Part shown: positions 9,236-19,534 of the stretch, piece after piece
Position numbering within the stretch: position 1 is the stretch's first letter
How the letters are laid out: each line of letters starts with the position of its first letter
Translations under genes and position numbers: made by a program
The notes under the pieces: model-generated
Database searches by the model: none
What the model saw: only the letters and a program-made list of their open reading frames with translations
Told to the model about the DNA's origin: nothing
DNA from: Caldisericota bacterium
Lineage (GTDB): Bacteria > Caldisericota > Caldisericia > JAAYUI01
Direction: 5' to 3'
Length of the DNA: 64,000 nt
Assembly (NCBI GenBank): GCA_029548865.1
Contig: JAKPMO010000026.1
Coordinates: forward strand, 32,001 to 96,000

Positions 9236-10297
9236 ATGATAGATAGAAATGACATCATGAAGGCACTTGGCAACGTCATGGATCCTGAACTGGGCGTTGA
9301 CCTGGTCACCCTCGGAATGATAAGGGACGTAAAGGCGCAGGGAGACACTGTATCTGTTATAGTTGCCTTGACGGCGCCAGGCTGCCCACTCAAGAACAAG
9401 ATTGGAAAAGACATCGAAGAAGAATTGAAAAAACTCCCAGGTGTTTCCAAGGTGGAAGTTTTGTTTGGGAGCATGACAGAGGCCGAGAGAGAAAATACCT
9501 TCCAGAAATCAAAAGGGAGTCAAACACAGCAGGTCGAAGATCCTCTAAAGAAACTCTCTGGTCAGCCTATAAAAAGGATTATTGCAGTTGGCTCTGGTAA
9601 AGGTGGCGTTGGCAAATCGCTTGTGACTTCATTGCTTGCAGTTGCCGCCAGTAGAAAAGGTCTCAAGGTTGGCGTTATTGATGCCGACATAACCGGCCCT
9701 TCGATACCGACAATTTTTGGACAAAAAGGCCTTCTTGTTGCTGGAGAAAAGGGTGTCGAACCCAGAAAGACCAAAAAGGGGATCGAGATGGTTTCAATGA
9801 ATCTTCTCATTCCTGACCCAACGACTCCTGTAATCTGGAGAGGCCCAGTCCTGGCTGGTGTTTTGAGGCAATTTTATACAGATGTCAATTGGGGCAATCT
9901 TGACCTGCTCTTTGTAGACCTCCCGCCAGGAACTGCCGATGTTCCGCTGACAGTTTTCCAGATATTCCCGATTGATGGGATGGTTGTTGTGACAAGCCCT
10001 CAGGAATTGGCGAACCTTGTTGTCACTAAGGCTCTCAAGATGGCTGCTGAAATGAGCATTCCGCTTGTTGGTGTTGTGGAAAACATGACCTACTTTGTCT
10101 GCAAAGATGGCGAGAAAGTAGAAGTGTTCGGGAAATCCAGGGTGCAGGAAAGATGCAAGGAACAGGGTGTTCCATATCTTGGTGGCATGCCGATAGACCC
10201 GTCATACGCAAGGATTGCAGATGAGGGAGCAATTGAAGATGCAGTGATACCTCAAGCAGTTGAGGATACCCTTAAAACCATATTGGGGGAAAAATGA
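9236..10297 (+). CDS. mrp: Mrp/NBP35 (ApbC) Fe-S cluster carrier ATPase
   Basis: DUF59 N-terminus (DPELG, GCP), SGKGGVGKS, DADITGPS, WRGP, DLPPGT, GVVENM. Confidence 0.93.
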   Translation: MIDRNDIMKALGNVMDPELGVDLVTLGMIRDVKAQGDTVSVIVALTAPGCPLKNKIGKDIEEELKKLPGVSKVEVLFGSMTEAERENTFQKSKGSQTQQVEDPLKKLSGQPIKRIIAVGSGKGGVGKSLVTSLLAVAASRKGLKVGVIDADITGPSIPTIFGQKGLLVAGEKGVEPRKTKKGIEMVSMNLLIPDPTTPVIWRGPVLAGVLRQFYTDVNWGNLDLLFVDLPPGTADVPLTVFQIFPIDGMVVVTSPQELANLVVTKALKMAAEMSIPLVGVVENMTYFVCKDGEKVEVFGKSRVQERCKEQGVPYLGGMPIDPSYARIADEGAIEDAVIPQAVEDTLKTILGEK

Positions 10298-10527
10298 CCG
10301 AAAATAATAAAAATGCAAACATCATAACCGGAGATGAAACTTTTGGCGAAGTGATACAGAAATACCCTCAGGTAATACCGGTATTTTTCCAGTTTGGACT
10401 ACATTGTATCGGTTGCCACATAAGCGCCTATGAATCTATCAAGGATGGCGCTGCTGCTCACGGTGTCGAAATTGAAAAACTCATTGAGGCCCTGAACAAG
10501 GCGATAAACGAGCCAAAAAAAGACTAG
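10294..10527 (+). CDS. DUF1858 / hybrid-cluster-associated redox disulfide domain protein
   Basis: YP....F...GLHCIGC....ESI..GA.AHG. Confidence 0.85.
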   Translation: MTENNKNANIITGDETFGEVIQKYPQVIPVFFQFGLHCIGCHISAYESIKDGAAAHGVEIEKLIEALNKAINEPKKD

Positions 10528-10576
10528 GGGCTATTTACTTTTGCCAAAAAACACATATCTGTAATCCCAAAGAGCA

Positions 10577-12754
10577 ATGCGTAAACTTGCACTCGCAATA
10601 GTTGTTTTTTGGGTGGCAACCAGTCCTGTCCAGGCTTTCCCTTTGGGATGGCCTTCGTACAGACATGATCACTCGCATTCCGGGGCTTCTGATATCCCTT
10701 TGTCGCCCCCGCTTGTCCAGTCATGGTCATATCAGGTCGGCAGTGAGCTGTCCACAGAGGCTGTAAGTTCTGGTCCAAGAGTTTATGTGGGCTCAAAAAA
10801 GCTCTATTGTTTTGACAAAGACAGAGAGGCAGATAATCTTCTGTGGTCGCTTGACGTTCCATCTGAAATAACCACTACACCATTTACAACCTTCGACACT
10901 GTTATCTTTGCTTCTCAAGATGGTTTTATAACAGCCATCGACACTGAAGCAAGAAGCCAGAGATGGAAAATGCAGATAGGTAAGGTACAAAGGGGCATTG
11001 GCTCCTACAAAGAATCTTGCATTTTTGGAAACGAGAAGGGTGACCTCCTGAGTGTTGATATAAAAACGGGCCAAGTAAATTTCAAAGTAAACATATTGTG
11101 CCCAATTTCTGTTCCGCCCTGCATTGCAGATGACAAGATTTTTGTTTGCTGTGATGCCGGGAAACTTTATTGCCTGAACGCAAGCAATGGTGCTTTTATC
11201 TGGAAAAGTGATGTCACAACATCAGATGTGATAGGCGGGATGCTCTACCATGAAGGCGCAATATATTTTGGCAGTTATGACAACAGGGTTTATGCAGTTT
11301 CTGCAAGTGATGGCAAGACAATCTGGTCAAAAAAAGTTGATGGCTGGATAGGTGCGCATCCAGTTGCTGTAGGAAACGAGATTTTTGTAAGATCAAAACT
11401 CAGCACATTGTGGTGCTTTGATTCAAAAAGTGGTGAAACCATCTGGCATTTTCCCCATGAACCAACTAAGACTGAGCCAGTCGTTTCTGGTGATTACATT
11501 TATATTGGATCAAATCGCCGGATAGTCGCTTTTTCTGTCTCAAAAAGGATCGAAATCTGGTACTTTGAATTTGCCAAAGAACAACCCACCTCACTTTCAA
11601 TGTCAGGGGACAGACTTCTGGTTGGTACAAATGGTGGGCGCATCTACTGCCTAAGGGCCGGGCCAGGTTTTGAACTCTCCAGTGACAAGATCGACCTTGA
11701 GGTCATGACCACTGACGAACGCCCCTCGTTTGAACTCTCAGTAAAAAACAATAGAGAAGACCGTTGGCCTTCGATGCTAGTCGGAGATGTCACGACCGAT
11801 TACCCATGGATGGTGCTTGAAGACAAAGTTTTCAAGTTGAGGACTGGTGAAAGCAAAAAGTTTATAATCAACATAAAACTTGACGAACTCAACAAGGTTG
11901 GCGTCCATGACGGAAAGCTTTATGTCAGGTACCTTTATGGTGTAAATGAGGCCCTTCCGGGAGAGGAACCAGAAACAGTGGTCATAGTTCCAGTGACTTT
12001 AAAATATATAGACCCATTCCCACCCAAAATATGTGTTGAAAAAGAAACTATAGATGTCGGAGCGGTAACGCTTGGCCAAACAAAGAAGGCCAATTTTGTA
12101 ATAAAAAATTGCGGAAAGGGAAAGCTCGTTTTTTCTCTGAATGCGCAATCGCTTGAGGGTTGGCTGAGGATTGTTGACAACCAGCCAACATTCTCCCTGA
12201 TGCCGGATGAGACAAAAATTGTTACAGTGGAAGTTGCCGCTTATGGCTTTGCTATTGAGCCTGGCGATGACTGTCAAAAGACGGGGGTAATTGAAATTCA
12301 AAGCAACACCGAACAAAGTGTTATTCCTCTTACTGTTACCTGCAGGATTTATGACATGGTTTTGCCCACCGTTGTTTCGATTCCTATTGGTTCAAACAAA
12401 GCCAGCATAAACGGGAAAAAAGTTGATGTTACCCCACCCTCCTATGTCTCCGGGTCAAGAACGATGGTGCCACTGCGAATCATTGCAGAGGCCTTTTTTG
12501 CAAGGGTATCATGGGATCCGTCTGACAGAAGCATCACAATAACAAATTGTACAAGCCAGTCGAGGTTTACCGTTGGCAGCAAAAAAGTTGAGATCATTGG
12601 AATGGGCGAGGTCAAGACAACGACAATCGATTCACCCCCCGAAATCAGGTCGGGCAAGACCTTTATCCCTTTACGTGCCGTCTCTGATATTCTTGGCGCA
12701 TCGATTGCCTGGGAACAGAAAACAAAAACAGTTACGATAACATATAGTCCCTGA
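10577..12754 (+). CDS. Secreted PQQ-like beta-propeller protein with Ig-like domains and C-terminal copper-amine-oxidase-like stalk domain
   Basis: Signal peptide; repeated lyc.d...G...W blades; C-terminal RTMVPLRIIAE and KTFIPLRAVSDILGA.I.W. Confidence 0.85.
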   Translation: MRKLALAIVVFWVATSPVQAFPLGWPSYRHDHSHSGASDIPLSPPLVQSWSYQVGSELSTEAVSSGPRVYVGSKKLYCFDKDREADNLLWSLDVPSEITTTPFTTFDTVIFASQDGFITAIDTEARSQRWKMQIGKVQRGIGSYKESCIFGNEKGDLLSVDIKTGQVNFKVNILCPISVPPCIADDKIFVCCDAGKLYCLNASNGAFIWKSDVTTSDVIGGMLYHEGAIYFGSYDNRVYAVSASDGKTIWSKKVDGWIGAHPVAVGNEIFVRSKLSTLWCFDSKSGETIWHFPHEPTKTEPVVSGDYIYIGSNRRIVAFSVSKRIEIWYFEFAKEQPTSLSMSGDRLLVGTNGGRIYCLRAGPGFELSSDKIDLEVMTTDERPSFELSVKNNREDRWPSMLVGDVTTDYPWMVLEDKVFKLRTGESKKFIINIKLDELNKVGVHDGKLYVRYLYGVNEALPGEEPETVVIVPVTLKYIDPFPPKICVEKETIDVGAVTLGQTKKANFVIKNCGKGKLVFSLNAQSLEGWLRIVDNQPTFSLMPDETKIVTVEVAAYGFAIEPGDDCQKTGVIEIQSNTEQSVIPLTVTCRIYDMVLPTVVSIPIGSNKASINGKKVDVTPPSYVSGSRTMVPLRIIAEAFFARVSWDPSDRSITITNCTSQSRFTVGSKKVEIIGMGEVKTTTIDSPPEIRSGKTFIPLRAVSDILGASIAWEQKTKTVTITYSP

Positions 12755-14952
12755 TGACAAAGAGGATTGTTTTCAGGGGGACAGTTCAAGGTGTTGGTTT
12801 CAGGCCATTTGTTTGGAGAGTTGCTGATTCTTTTGGCCTCAAAGGTTTTGTCAGGAACATTGGCAACGGCGTAGAGGCTGTTTTTTGTGGAGAATCCTCT
12901 GCGATCCAGAATGCAATCGAAATGATAAGAACTTCTCCACCGCCACAAGCAATCATTGAATCAGTAGAAGTTGCTGATTTCGAAGGGGATTACAAAGACC
13001 TTAAGATCCTCGAAACACCAGAGGGTGCTCCATCATCGGTGCTTGTGCCGCCTGACATAGGCATTTGTGACGATTGTCGAAGGGAACTTCTGGACCCAAA
13101 AGACCCAAGACATTTACATCCTTTCATATCTTGCACAAATTGTGGGCCGAGACTTTCGATAATAAGAAGATTGCCCTATGACAGACACACCATTTCTCAG
13201 GGTGATTTTGATCTTTGCGACAGATGCAGGAATGAATATGTGAACCCATTGGACAGGCGCTACCATGCCCAGACCATCGCTTGCCCTGATTGTGGTCCGA
13301 CTGTTTTTATGGGAGAGCTGAGGGGGCAGGAGGCAATCCTGGGAGCAAAAAAGAGTCTTCTTGCTGGTGAAATTGTTGCGATCAAGGGAATTGGTGGCTT
13401 TCATCTGGCATGCATTGCCACCAATGAAGCCTCGGTCAACGCTTTAAGAATGCTCAAGAACAGAGGCAATGAGCCGATGGCCGTCATGTGTTTTGATATT
13501 ATTCAGGTGAGAGGGCAGGCAGAAATTGGTCTCTGTGAAGAACAGTCGCTCTCTTCCTGGAGAAAACCTGTTGTACTTTGCAAAAAATCAAACAACTACA
13601 GTCTTGCCCCATCGGTTGCACCAGGCACCGACAAGATCGGTATCTTCTTGCCTTATACACCGCTCCATGTTCTCCTGCTTGATGGCCTTCCACCAGTTGT
13701 CCTCACCTCGGCGAACCTCCATGAAGAGCCGATAATTGCTGATGGCGCAAAAAACATTATGGTAACGAAGGTTTTGGACAATGACCGTGAAATTGTTGTT
13801 CCCATTGATGATTCGGTTACAAGGTGTTTCAAGGGCAAGCAACAGCTTTTCAGAAGGGCCAGAGGATTCGTTCCGGAGACACTTCCAATTCCAAAAGGAC
13901 CAAGCATACTTGCTCTTGGTGGCCAGATGAAGAACACATTTACTTTTGCCTATGATGGAAAGGCAATGGTTTCGCACCACATCGGTGAGATGGGCAACGC
14001 GGCAACGTTTGCAAGATTTGCCGAGAGCCTTTGCCTTTTCAGAGAGTTGTTTGGTTTCAAGGAAGAATATTGTGCCCACGATGCGCACCCTTCCTACACA
14101 ACAACGGTCCACCGCAAGGAGCTTTCCAGATCTGACAGGTTTATTCCGGTATTTCACCATCATGCCCATATTGCATCGGTGATGGGCGAGCACGGACTTG
14201 ATGGCAGGGTGATAGGTGTTGCGGCCGACGGGACTGGTTTTGGGGCAGACGGGACGATATGGGGGTTTGAGTTTCTTGTTGCTTCAAGGTCAGAATTTGA
14301 GAGAATTGGTCATCTAAGGACTTTCCCGTTGCCAGGTGGCGAGATTGCGATAAAAGACTGCAGAAGAATACTTTTCTCCCTTGCTAGGCAAGCAGGGTCC
14401 AAGATTGATTTGGACATTGGCCCGCAAGAAAGGGAACTTTGGGGTGCAATGATTGACAAGGGTATAAATGCTCCTGCCACCTCGAGCCTTGGCAGGCTAT
14501 TTGACGGTTTTGCGGTTCTTGCAGGATTGGGGCAGAAGGCCACATACGAGGCGGAGCTGGCTGTGGCGCTTGAATCGGCCTATGATCCTGGCGCAAGACC
14601 TTTTAATTTTCCTGTAAGGGATTTTGGAGACCATTTCGAGGTTGACTGGACTGTTGCCCTGAAACAGGGGATCGAGAACCCAGCTTCAATATCTGGCGGA
14701 TTCCACAAGGGAATAAGTGAAGCCATCGTGAAGGGGTGTTTGTTTGCCAGGCAAAAAACCGGCCTGAAAAGAATTTGTCTCAGTGGGGGCTGTTTTCTAA
14801 ACCTTATCTTGCTGGAGCTTGTTTTTGATGCCCTTTCAAGCGAAGGTTTTGAGGTGTATACAAACATTAGTTTGCCGCCTGGCGACGGTTGCGTCAGTTT
14901 TGGCCAGGCTGTTGTTGCCCTTTCAAGGGTTGGAGGTATGCGATGTGTCTAG
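12754..14952 (+). CDS. hypF: [NiFe]-hydrogenase maturation carbamoyltransferase HypF
   Basis: GTVQGVGFRPFV, zinc fingers (CTNCGPR, CPDCGP), HHHAH, DGTGFG, TSSLGRLFD, PPGDG..SFGQ. Confidence 0.96.
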   Translation: MTKRIVFRGTVQGVGFRPFVWRVADSFGLKGFVRNIGNGVEAVFCGESSAIQNAIEMIRTSPPPQAIIESVEVADFEGDYKDLKILETPEGAPSSVLVPPDIGICDDCRRELLDPKDPRHLHPFISCTNCGPRLSIIRRLPYDRHTISQGDFDLCDRCRNEYVNPLDRRYHAQTIACPDCGPTVFMGELRGQEAILGAKKSLLAGEIVAIKGIGGFHLACIATNEASVNALRMLKNRGNEPMAVMCFDIIQVRGQAEIGLCEEQSLSSWRKPVVLCKKSNNYSLAPSVAPGTDKIGIFLPYTPLHVLLLDGLPPVVLTSANLHEEPIIADGAKNIMVTKVLDNDREIVVPIDDSVTRCFKGKQQLFRRARGFVPETLPIPKGPSILALGGQMKNTFTFAYDGKAMVSHHIGEMGNAATFARFAESLCLFRELFGFKEEYCAHDAHPSYTTTVHRKELSRSDRFIPVFHHHAHIASVMGEHGLDGRVIGVAADGTGFGADGTIWGFEFLVASRSEFERIGHLRTFPLPGGEIAIKDCRRILFSLARQAGSKIDLDIGPQERELWGAMIDKGINAPATSSLGRLFDGFAVLAGLGQKATYEAELAVALESAYDPGARPFNFPVRDFGDHFEVDWTVALKQGIENPASISGGFHKGISEAIVKGCLFARQKTGLKRICLSGGCFLNLILLELVFDALSSEGFEVYTNISLPPGDGCVSFGQAVVALSRVGGMRCV

Positions 14953-15167
14953 CTGTACCAGCAAAGATATGCGAAAAGAACGGGCTTGATGCCACTGTCG
15001 AATTCGGTGGAATAAAAAGGCAGGTAAGGCTTGATCTTTTGCCGGATGCCGAGGTTGGCGAGTTTGTACTTTTGCACACAGGTTTTGCAATAGAAAAAGT
15101 AAACAAGGAAGAGGCAGAGAACATACTCAAAACGATTCAGGAGGTGTTTGGTGACGTCCCAGTCTGA
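14943..15167 (+). CDS. hypC: Hydrogenase assembly chaperone HypC
   Basis: Starts MCLAVP; VLLHTGFAI; SD GGAGGT. Confidence 0.95.
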   Translation: MCLAVPAKICEKNGLDATVEFGGIKRQVRLDLLPDAEVGEFVLLHTGFAIEKVNKEEAENILKTIQEVFGDVPV

Positions 15168-16227
15168 TGTTGCCCTCAAGCTCCGGGGGATGATCGAGGA
15201 GCTTGCCGTCTCCCCAATGACCTTGATGGAGGTGTGTGGAACACACACCCATGCAATATTTGCCAATGGCATCAGGGCACTCCTTCCCAAAACAATAAAG
15301 ATCATATCCGGGCCTGGCTGTCCTGTTTGCGTCACATCACAGTCTGATGTGGACAGGATGATATGGCTTGCCTCGCAAAAGAATGTTGTAATCTGCACTT
15401 TTGGCGACATGATAAAAGTGCCTGGAAAAGGTGGCTCGCTTGCGGTTGCAAGGTCAATGGGTTCAAACATAAGGGTCATGTATTCTCCCTTTGATGTGAT
15501 TGAATGGGCCAGACAGGAAAAAGGAAAAGAATTTGTCCTTGTTGGTGTTGGTTTTGAGACGACCACCCCTGGTTTTGCAGCAACCATAAAACAGTCAAAA
15601 GCACTTGGTATAAAAAACTTGTCCATACTTTCCCTCAACAAGACTGTTCCGGAGGCACTCAGGGCGCTTGCACAGTCTGGTGAGGTGAAGCTGGATGGAT
15701 TGATTTTGCCGGGCCATGTCTCAGCGATCATTGGCCTCGGACCTTATGGATTCCTGGCAAAAGAATTTGGTGTTCCCGGGGTTGTGACCGGGTTTGAAGG
15801 TTTCGACATTCTTTACGGACTGGCCGTTCTTGTAAAAATGATAGCAGAGAAAAAACCTGCAATAGTCAATACTTACACGAGGTCTGTCAAGCCAGATGGC
15901 AATCCAACCGCAATGTCACTTATGGGTGAGGTTTTTGACAAATCACCTGCAGTCTGGAGGGGCATCGGGACAATCGAAGGCTCGGGGCTTGCATTGTCTG
16001 GTGAATATGCTGGTTTTGATGCGGCAAAACGGTTTGAAATGCCCAATTTTCCTGATGAAGAACCAAAAGGGTGCCTCTGTGGGAAGGTGATTACAGGTGC
16101 AGTCACTCCGGAGGAGTGCCCATTGTTTGGTGTTTCGTGCACTCCGTCAGACCCGGTTGGTCCCTGCATGGTTTCAGGTGAGGGCACATGTTCAGCGTAT
16201 TTCAAATTCAGAAAGGGCCTCAGATGA
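15148..16227 (+). CDS. hypD: Hydrogenase formation protein HypD
   Basis: EVCGTHT, GPGCPVC, GFETT, PGHVS, GPCMVS.EGTC; start may be GTG 15151. Confidence 0.96.
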   Translation: MVTSQSDVALKLRGMIEELAVSPMTLMEVCGTHTHAIFANGIRALLPKTIKIISGPGCPVCVTSQSDVDRMIWLASQKNVVICTFGDMIKVPGKGGSLAVARSMGSNIRVMYSPFDVIEWARQEKGKEFVLVGVGFETTTPGFAATIKQSKALGIKNLSILSLNKTVPEALRALAQSGEVKLDGLILPGHVSAIIGLGPYGFLAKEFGVPGVVTGFEGFDILYGLAVLVKMIAEKKPAIVNTYTRSVKPDGNPTAMSLMGEVFDKSPAVWRGIGTIEGSGLALSGEYAGFDAAKRFEMPNFPDEEPKGCLCGKVITGAVTPEECPLFGVSCTPSDPVGPCMVSGEGTCSAYFKFRKGLR

Positions 16228-17378
16228 AGAGATTTTTGCCCCTGATTTTTGTTCTGGTTCTTTTTGTTTCAGGTTGCGGAAGTGATAATCCGCAATCTTC
16301 AAAAGGCACTAACTGGAAAGCATTTTCCGGCTCCAGTTTCACAAGAGGCATCCCGGACAACGGCGATGTTGATATAAAAACATTCAATTACGGCCATTTT
16401 GCCGGAACCGGAGAGCTGAAAATGAGGTTTGAATCAAAATTTCAGCTTTTTGAAAGGATGCCCGTTGTCCCCTTTGGCGAGAAAAAATGGCTTACAGACA
16501 GCTATCAGGGACGAATTGTAATATACGCAAATGACGGCATAAAACCTTCTGATTTCCCACAATCATTGTCTCTTCATGGTTTCTCGTCTGGAGAAAATTT
16601 CTATGCGATGGAGGCAGAATATGGAGTTTCCTGCTGGAACATGAAAACCGGTTTTTCAAGATGGGACAAGCAGGTCCTTTGCGCCGATGTTTTTGAGTGC
16701 GGAGGCAAGCTTGTTGTTTTTAATTCCCCGGATGGCTCTTTTACGAGACTGCATGCACAAACCGGCGATGTAATCTGGAGGCTTGCAATTTCTGATGGGC
16801 CATGTGGCCCGTTTGCCACCCTGGACGGGAAGATATATTGCCTTGTTTCAGGAGTGCCTGGAAAAACAACGTTATGCAGGATTGATCCGGCAACCGGTGC
16901 AGTGGTTTCGATTGTGCTGGAAAAGAAATATATTGCTATTGCCGGATTCAGGGGAAGATTATGGTTACTGGCGCAAGATGACACGATTGCAGAGTTTGAT
17001 TCACAGGCAGGCACAATAATAAAGGAAACTGGTTTGAAACTGACAAACCCGAAGAAGGGCAATTTTGGGGCCAGGCTTGATACTCTGGGGAATGTCATCT
17101 GTGCCTCATGGCATGACAATTCACTTACGATGACAGAGGTTGTTTCATTTGACCCAAACAGCGGGAAAATTCTCGAGTTTGCTGAAAAAAATTCCACCTT
17201 CCAGATAACAAATGGTCAGCTGATTGAGAAGAAGGATGATGGTTTTTATTGCCTTGATCTGTCCTCTGGCAGTGCTATCTGGTCAGTAAAAACAAACAGG
17301 GGTGCCAGTCTTGTCTGGGCCGATGAGGATGGAGTAATCATTACTTCAAATGGTTCGACCATGGTTTTTGGAGAATAG
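16224..17378 (+). CDS. Lipoprotein with PQQ-like beta-propeller
   Basis: MKRFLPLIFVLVLFVSGC lipobox; ..TG.vIW blade motifs; ATGA-coupled to hypD. Confidence 0.75.
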   Translation: MKRFLPLIFVLVLFVSGCGSDNPQSSKGTNWKAFSGSSFTRGIPDNGDVDIKTFNYGHFAGTGELKMRFESKFQLFERMPVVPFGEKKWLTDSYQGRIVIYANDGIKPSDFPQSLSLHGFSSGENFYAMEAEYGVSCWNMKTGFSRWDKQVLCADVFECGGKLVVFNSPDGSFTRLHAQTGDVIWRLAISDGPCGPFATLDGKIYCLVSGVPGKTTLCRIDPATGAVVSIVLEKKYIAIAGFRGRLWLLAQDDTIAEFDSQAGTIIKETGLKLTNPKKGNFGARLDTLGNVICASWHDNSLTMTEVVSFDPNSGKILEFAEKNSTFQITNGQLIEKKDDGFYCLDLSSGSAIWSVKTNRGASLVWADEDGVIITSNGSTMVFGE

Positions 17379-17381
17379 CAG

Positions 17382-18383
17382 ATGAAAGATTTTGTAACAC
17401 TTGCGCAGGGCGGTGGCGGCACCGAATCAAAGAAACTTGTTGACGTGATTACATCGTTTATTGGCAATGACGTGCTTGCGCCGTTTGACGATGCAGGCGT
17501 TTTTGGGGTGGAAAAGGGGCGGCTCGCTTTTACAACCGATGGATTTGTTGTCAAACCTATTTTCTTCCCGGGTGGCAATATTGGAAGGCTTGCAGCTTGC
17601 GGAACTTTGAACGATCTGGCCGTGATGGCCGCCAGACCTTTGGCCATCTCGCTCTCTCTTGTGATTGAAGAGGGGTTTCCGCTAGAAAAACTGGTGCAGA
17701 TCATGGAGAGTTTCAAGACCGATCTGGGTGGAACAAAAGTGGTTTGCGGCGACACAAAAGTTGTTGAAAAGGGTTCCGTTGATGGGGTATTCATGACAAC
17801 TTCGGGCATCGGCCTCCAGATGGATAATTGCCATCCAAGCGGCTCCAGTCTTGAACCTGGTGATGTATTGATTGTCACCGGTTCTCTTGGAAGGCACGGG
17901 GCTTGCATAATGGCCTGCAGGGACGAGCTTGGATTTTTCGGCCAGATACAGTCTGACGTTGCCCCACTGTGGCCCATGCTGGAAAAACTTTTTGTCGGGA
18001 TTGGTGAAAATATCCATGCCTGCCGGGACATCACAAGGGGAGGATTTTCTGCGATAGTCAACGAATTTGCCCAGTCCTCCCGTGTTGGCATTGATATTGA
18101 TGAGGCATTGTTGCCAATTGACCCTGACGTATCTGGTATGTGTGGAGCGTTGGGTCTTGATCCGTTGACGCTTGCCTGCGAGGGCAGAGCGCTTGTTTCG
18201 GTCAGGAAAGGGTTTGAAGAAAAAGCACTGGAAATCCTGAAGGGCAGCGAACAAGGCTCTGGTGCCTGTATCGTTGGCTCTGTTTCAGAAACCCATTCCC
18301 AGCTGGTGCACCTTAAAACCAGGATTGGCGGCGCAAGGGTGCTTGATCCACCAGCTGGAGAGCTCCTGCCAAGAATCTGCTAG
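17382..18383 (+). CDS. hypE: Hydrogenase maturation dehydratase HypE
   Basis: FTTDGFVVKPIFFPGGNIG, GDTKVV, RDITRGG, C-terminal PRIC. Confidence 0.96.
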   Translation: MKDFVTLAQGGGGTESKKLVDVITSFIGNDVLAPFDDAGVFGVEKGRLAFTTDGFVVKPIFFPGGNIGRLAACGTLNDLAVMAARPLAISLSLVIEEGFPLEKLVQIMESFKTDLGGTKVVCGDTKVVEKGSVDGVFMTTSGIGLQMDNCHPSGSSLEPGDVLIVTGSLGRHGACIMACRDELGFFGQIQSDVAPLWPMLEKLFVGIGENIHACRDITRGGFSAIVNEFAQSSRVGIDIDEALLPIDPDVSGMCGALGLDPLTLACEGRALVSVRKGFEEKALEILKGSEQGSGACIVGSVSETHSQLVHLKTRIGGARVLDPPAGELLPRIC

Positions 18384-19534
18384 GAAACAATCCTACCGTA
18401 TTCCCCGTCAAAACCCGGCCTGATTCTTATGTTCCCCGATCTTACTTTCAATATCATTTCGGTGGTCTTTTCGGGCAATATTTTTTCAAGCTCACCCTCG
18501 CCAGCCTCCAGAAGGATGTAAAGCTCGGAACCAATTGATTCGATCGCCTTTTCTGCCAGTTTTTTTGATTTTGCGGTTGGAGAGGAAAGCCCAAGCGAAA
18601 AAGCGAGCAAATCGTTTAGAGGAATGATTTTTTTGAATGGCTGTGTTTTTGGGTTTGCGCTTTTTTCAAGCCTCCCAATCCTTTGGGCTACACCAAGGGT
18701 CATCTTTTTGCCGCATTTGGGGCATATCTCGAAATCTTCATCTTCCCTGAGTCCAACACCACAAGGTTTGTGACCGGTTACATGGTATTTACCGAACTCT
18801 GGACAACACTCTATCGTCATGAGTGGCGACATGAGTGATTTTTTCAGCGGAATGCCATTTTCGATGATTGTTGCCTCCCTGCCTATTGTCTCCGGGCTGT
18901 GTGCATCCGAGAAGCTGACAATCGATACTCCTTCAAGGGTCTTGAGGGTGGCGCACATGGCCGGGTCCGCAGAAATGCCTGTTTCGCATGGCGATTTTGA
19001 TATCCTCAGGTCTTCGAATTTTTCAACACCCCGTCGACCAAGTATGGAAAAATATGGCGTAAATATGTGTGCAGGAATGATTATTGATTCAGAATCGGAA
19101 GAAAAGATTTCCTCCTCAAGACGTGCTGGTTCTATGTAAAGGTCAGGTCTGGCAAAATCGTTGATTCTGCCATATTTTAACAATCTTTCTCTGACCTTGT
19201 CGACGACCTCGAAATTTGAAAAAACCAATATGAAGTGAAATGCTTTTTTGGCGCCACCAAAAGGAAAATGCACCGAAATTTCAGTTGTGGGGACAACCCC
19301 AATGCTTTTTGAAGGTTTTGAGAGAAAGTCTCTCCACTCCTTTTCCCATGGTGGATATAGGATGTCGCCTGTTCCAATTAGGTTTATGCCTTTTCTGGCA
19401 GACATTTCCACAATACTGGCAGGTGTTGTTGTTCTTGAACAGGATATGGCATATTTGCCGTGGAGATGTAAATCGGCTATTGATAAGTTCGGATTGTGGA
19501 ATAGATTTGTAATTATGGGTGATTCTGAGGGCAT
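18380..19534 (-). CDS. Endonuclease Q family (PHP domain + zinc ribbon)
   Basis: ADLHLH, GTGD, PAHIFTP, SDAHS, GRE, GKYH, CPKCG...GV, PGFDGEYG; nearest canonical start before ADLHLH is ATG 19534. Confidence 0.85.
   Translation of the reverse strand: MPSESPIITNLFHNPNLSIADLHLHGKYAISCSRTTTPASIVEMSARKGINLIGTGDILYPPWEKEWRDFLSKPSKSIGVVPTTEISVHFPFGGAKKAFHFILVFSNFEVVDKVRERLLKYGRINDFARPDLYIEPARLEEEIFSSDSESIIIPAHIFTPYFSILGRRGVEKFEDLRISKSPCETGISADPAMCATLKTLEGVSIVSFSDAHSPETIGREATIIENGIPLKKSLMSPLMTIECCPEFGKYHVTGHKPCGVGLREDEDFEICPKCGKKMTLGVAQRIGRLEKSANPKTQPFKKIIPLNDLLAFSLGLSSPTAKSKKLAEKAIESIGSELYILLEAGEGELEKILPEKTTEMILKVRSGNIRIRPGFDGEYGRIVS

Noticed and set aside
19248..19514. Long N-terminal extension of the XRE regulator in the ORF track
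   Set aside because: Antisense to the conserved EndoQ coding region; HTH similarity begins at M19515.
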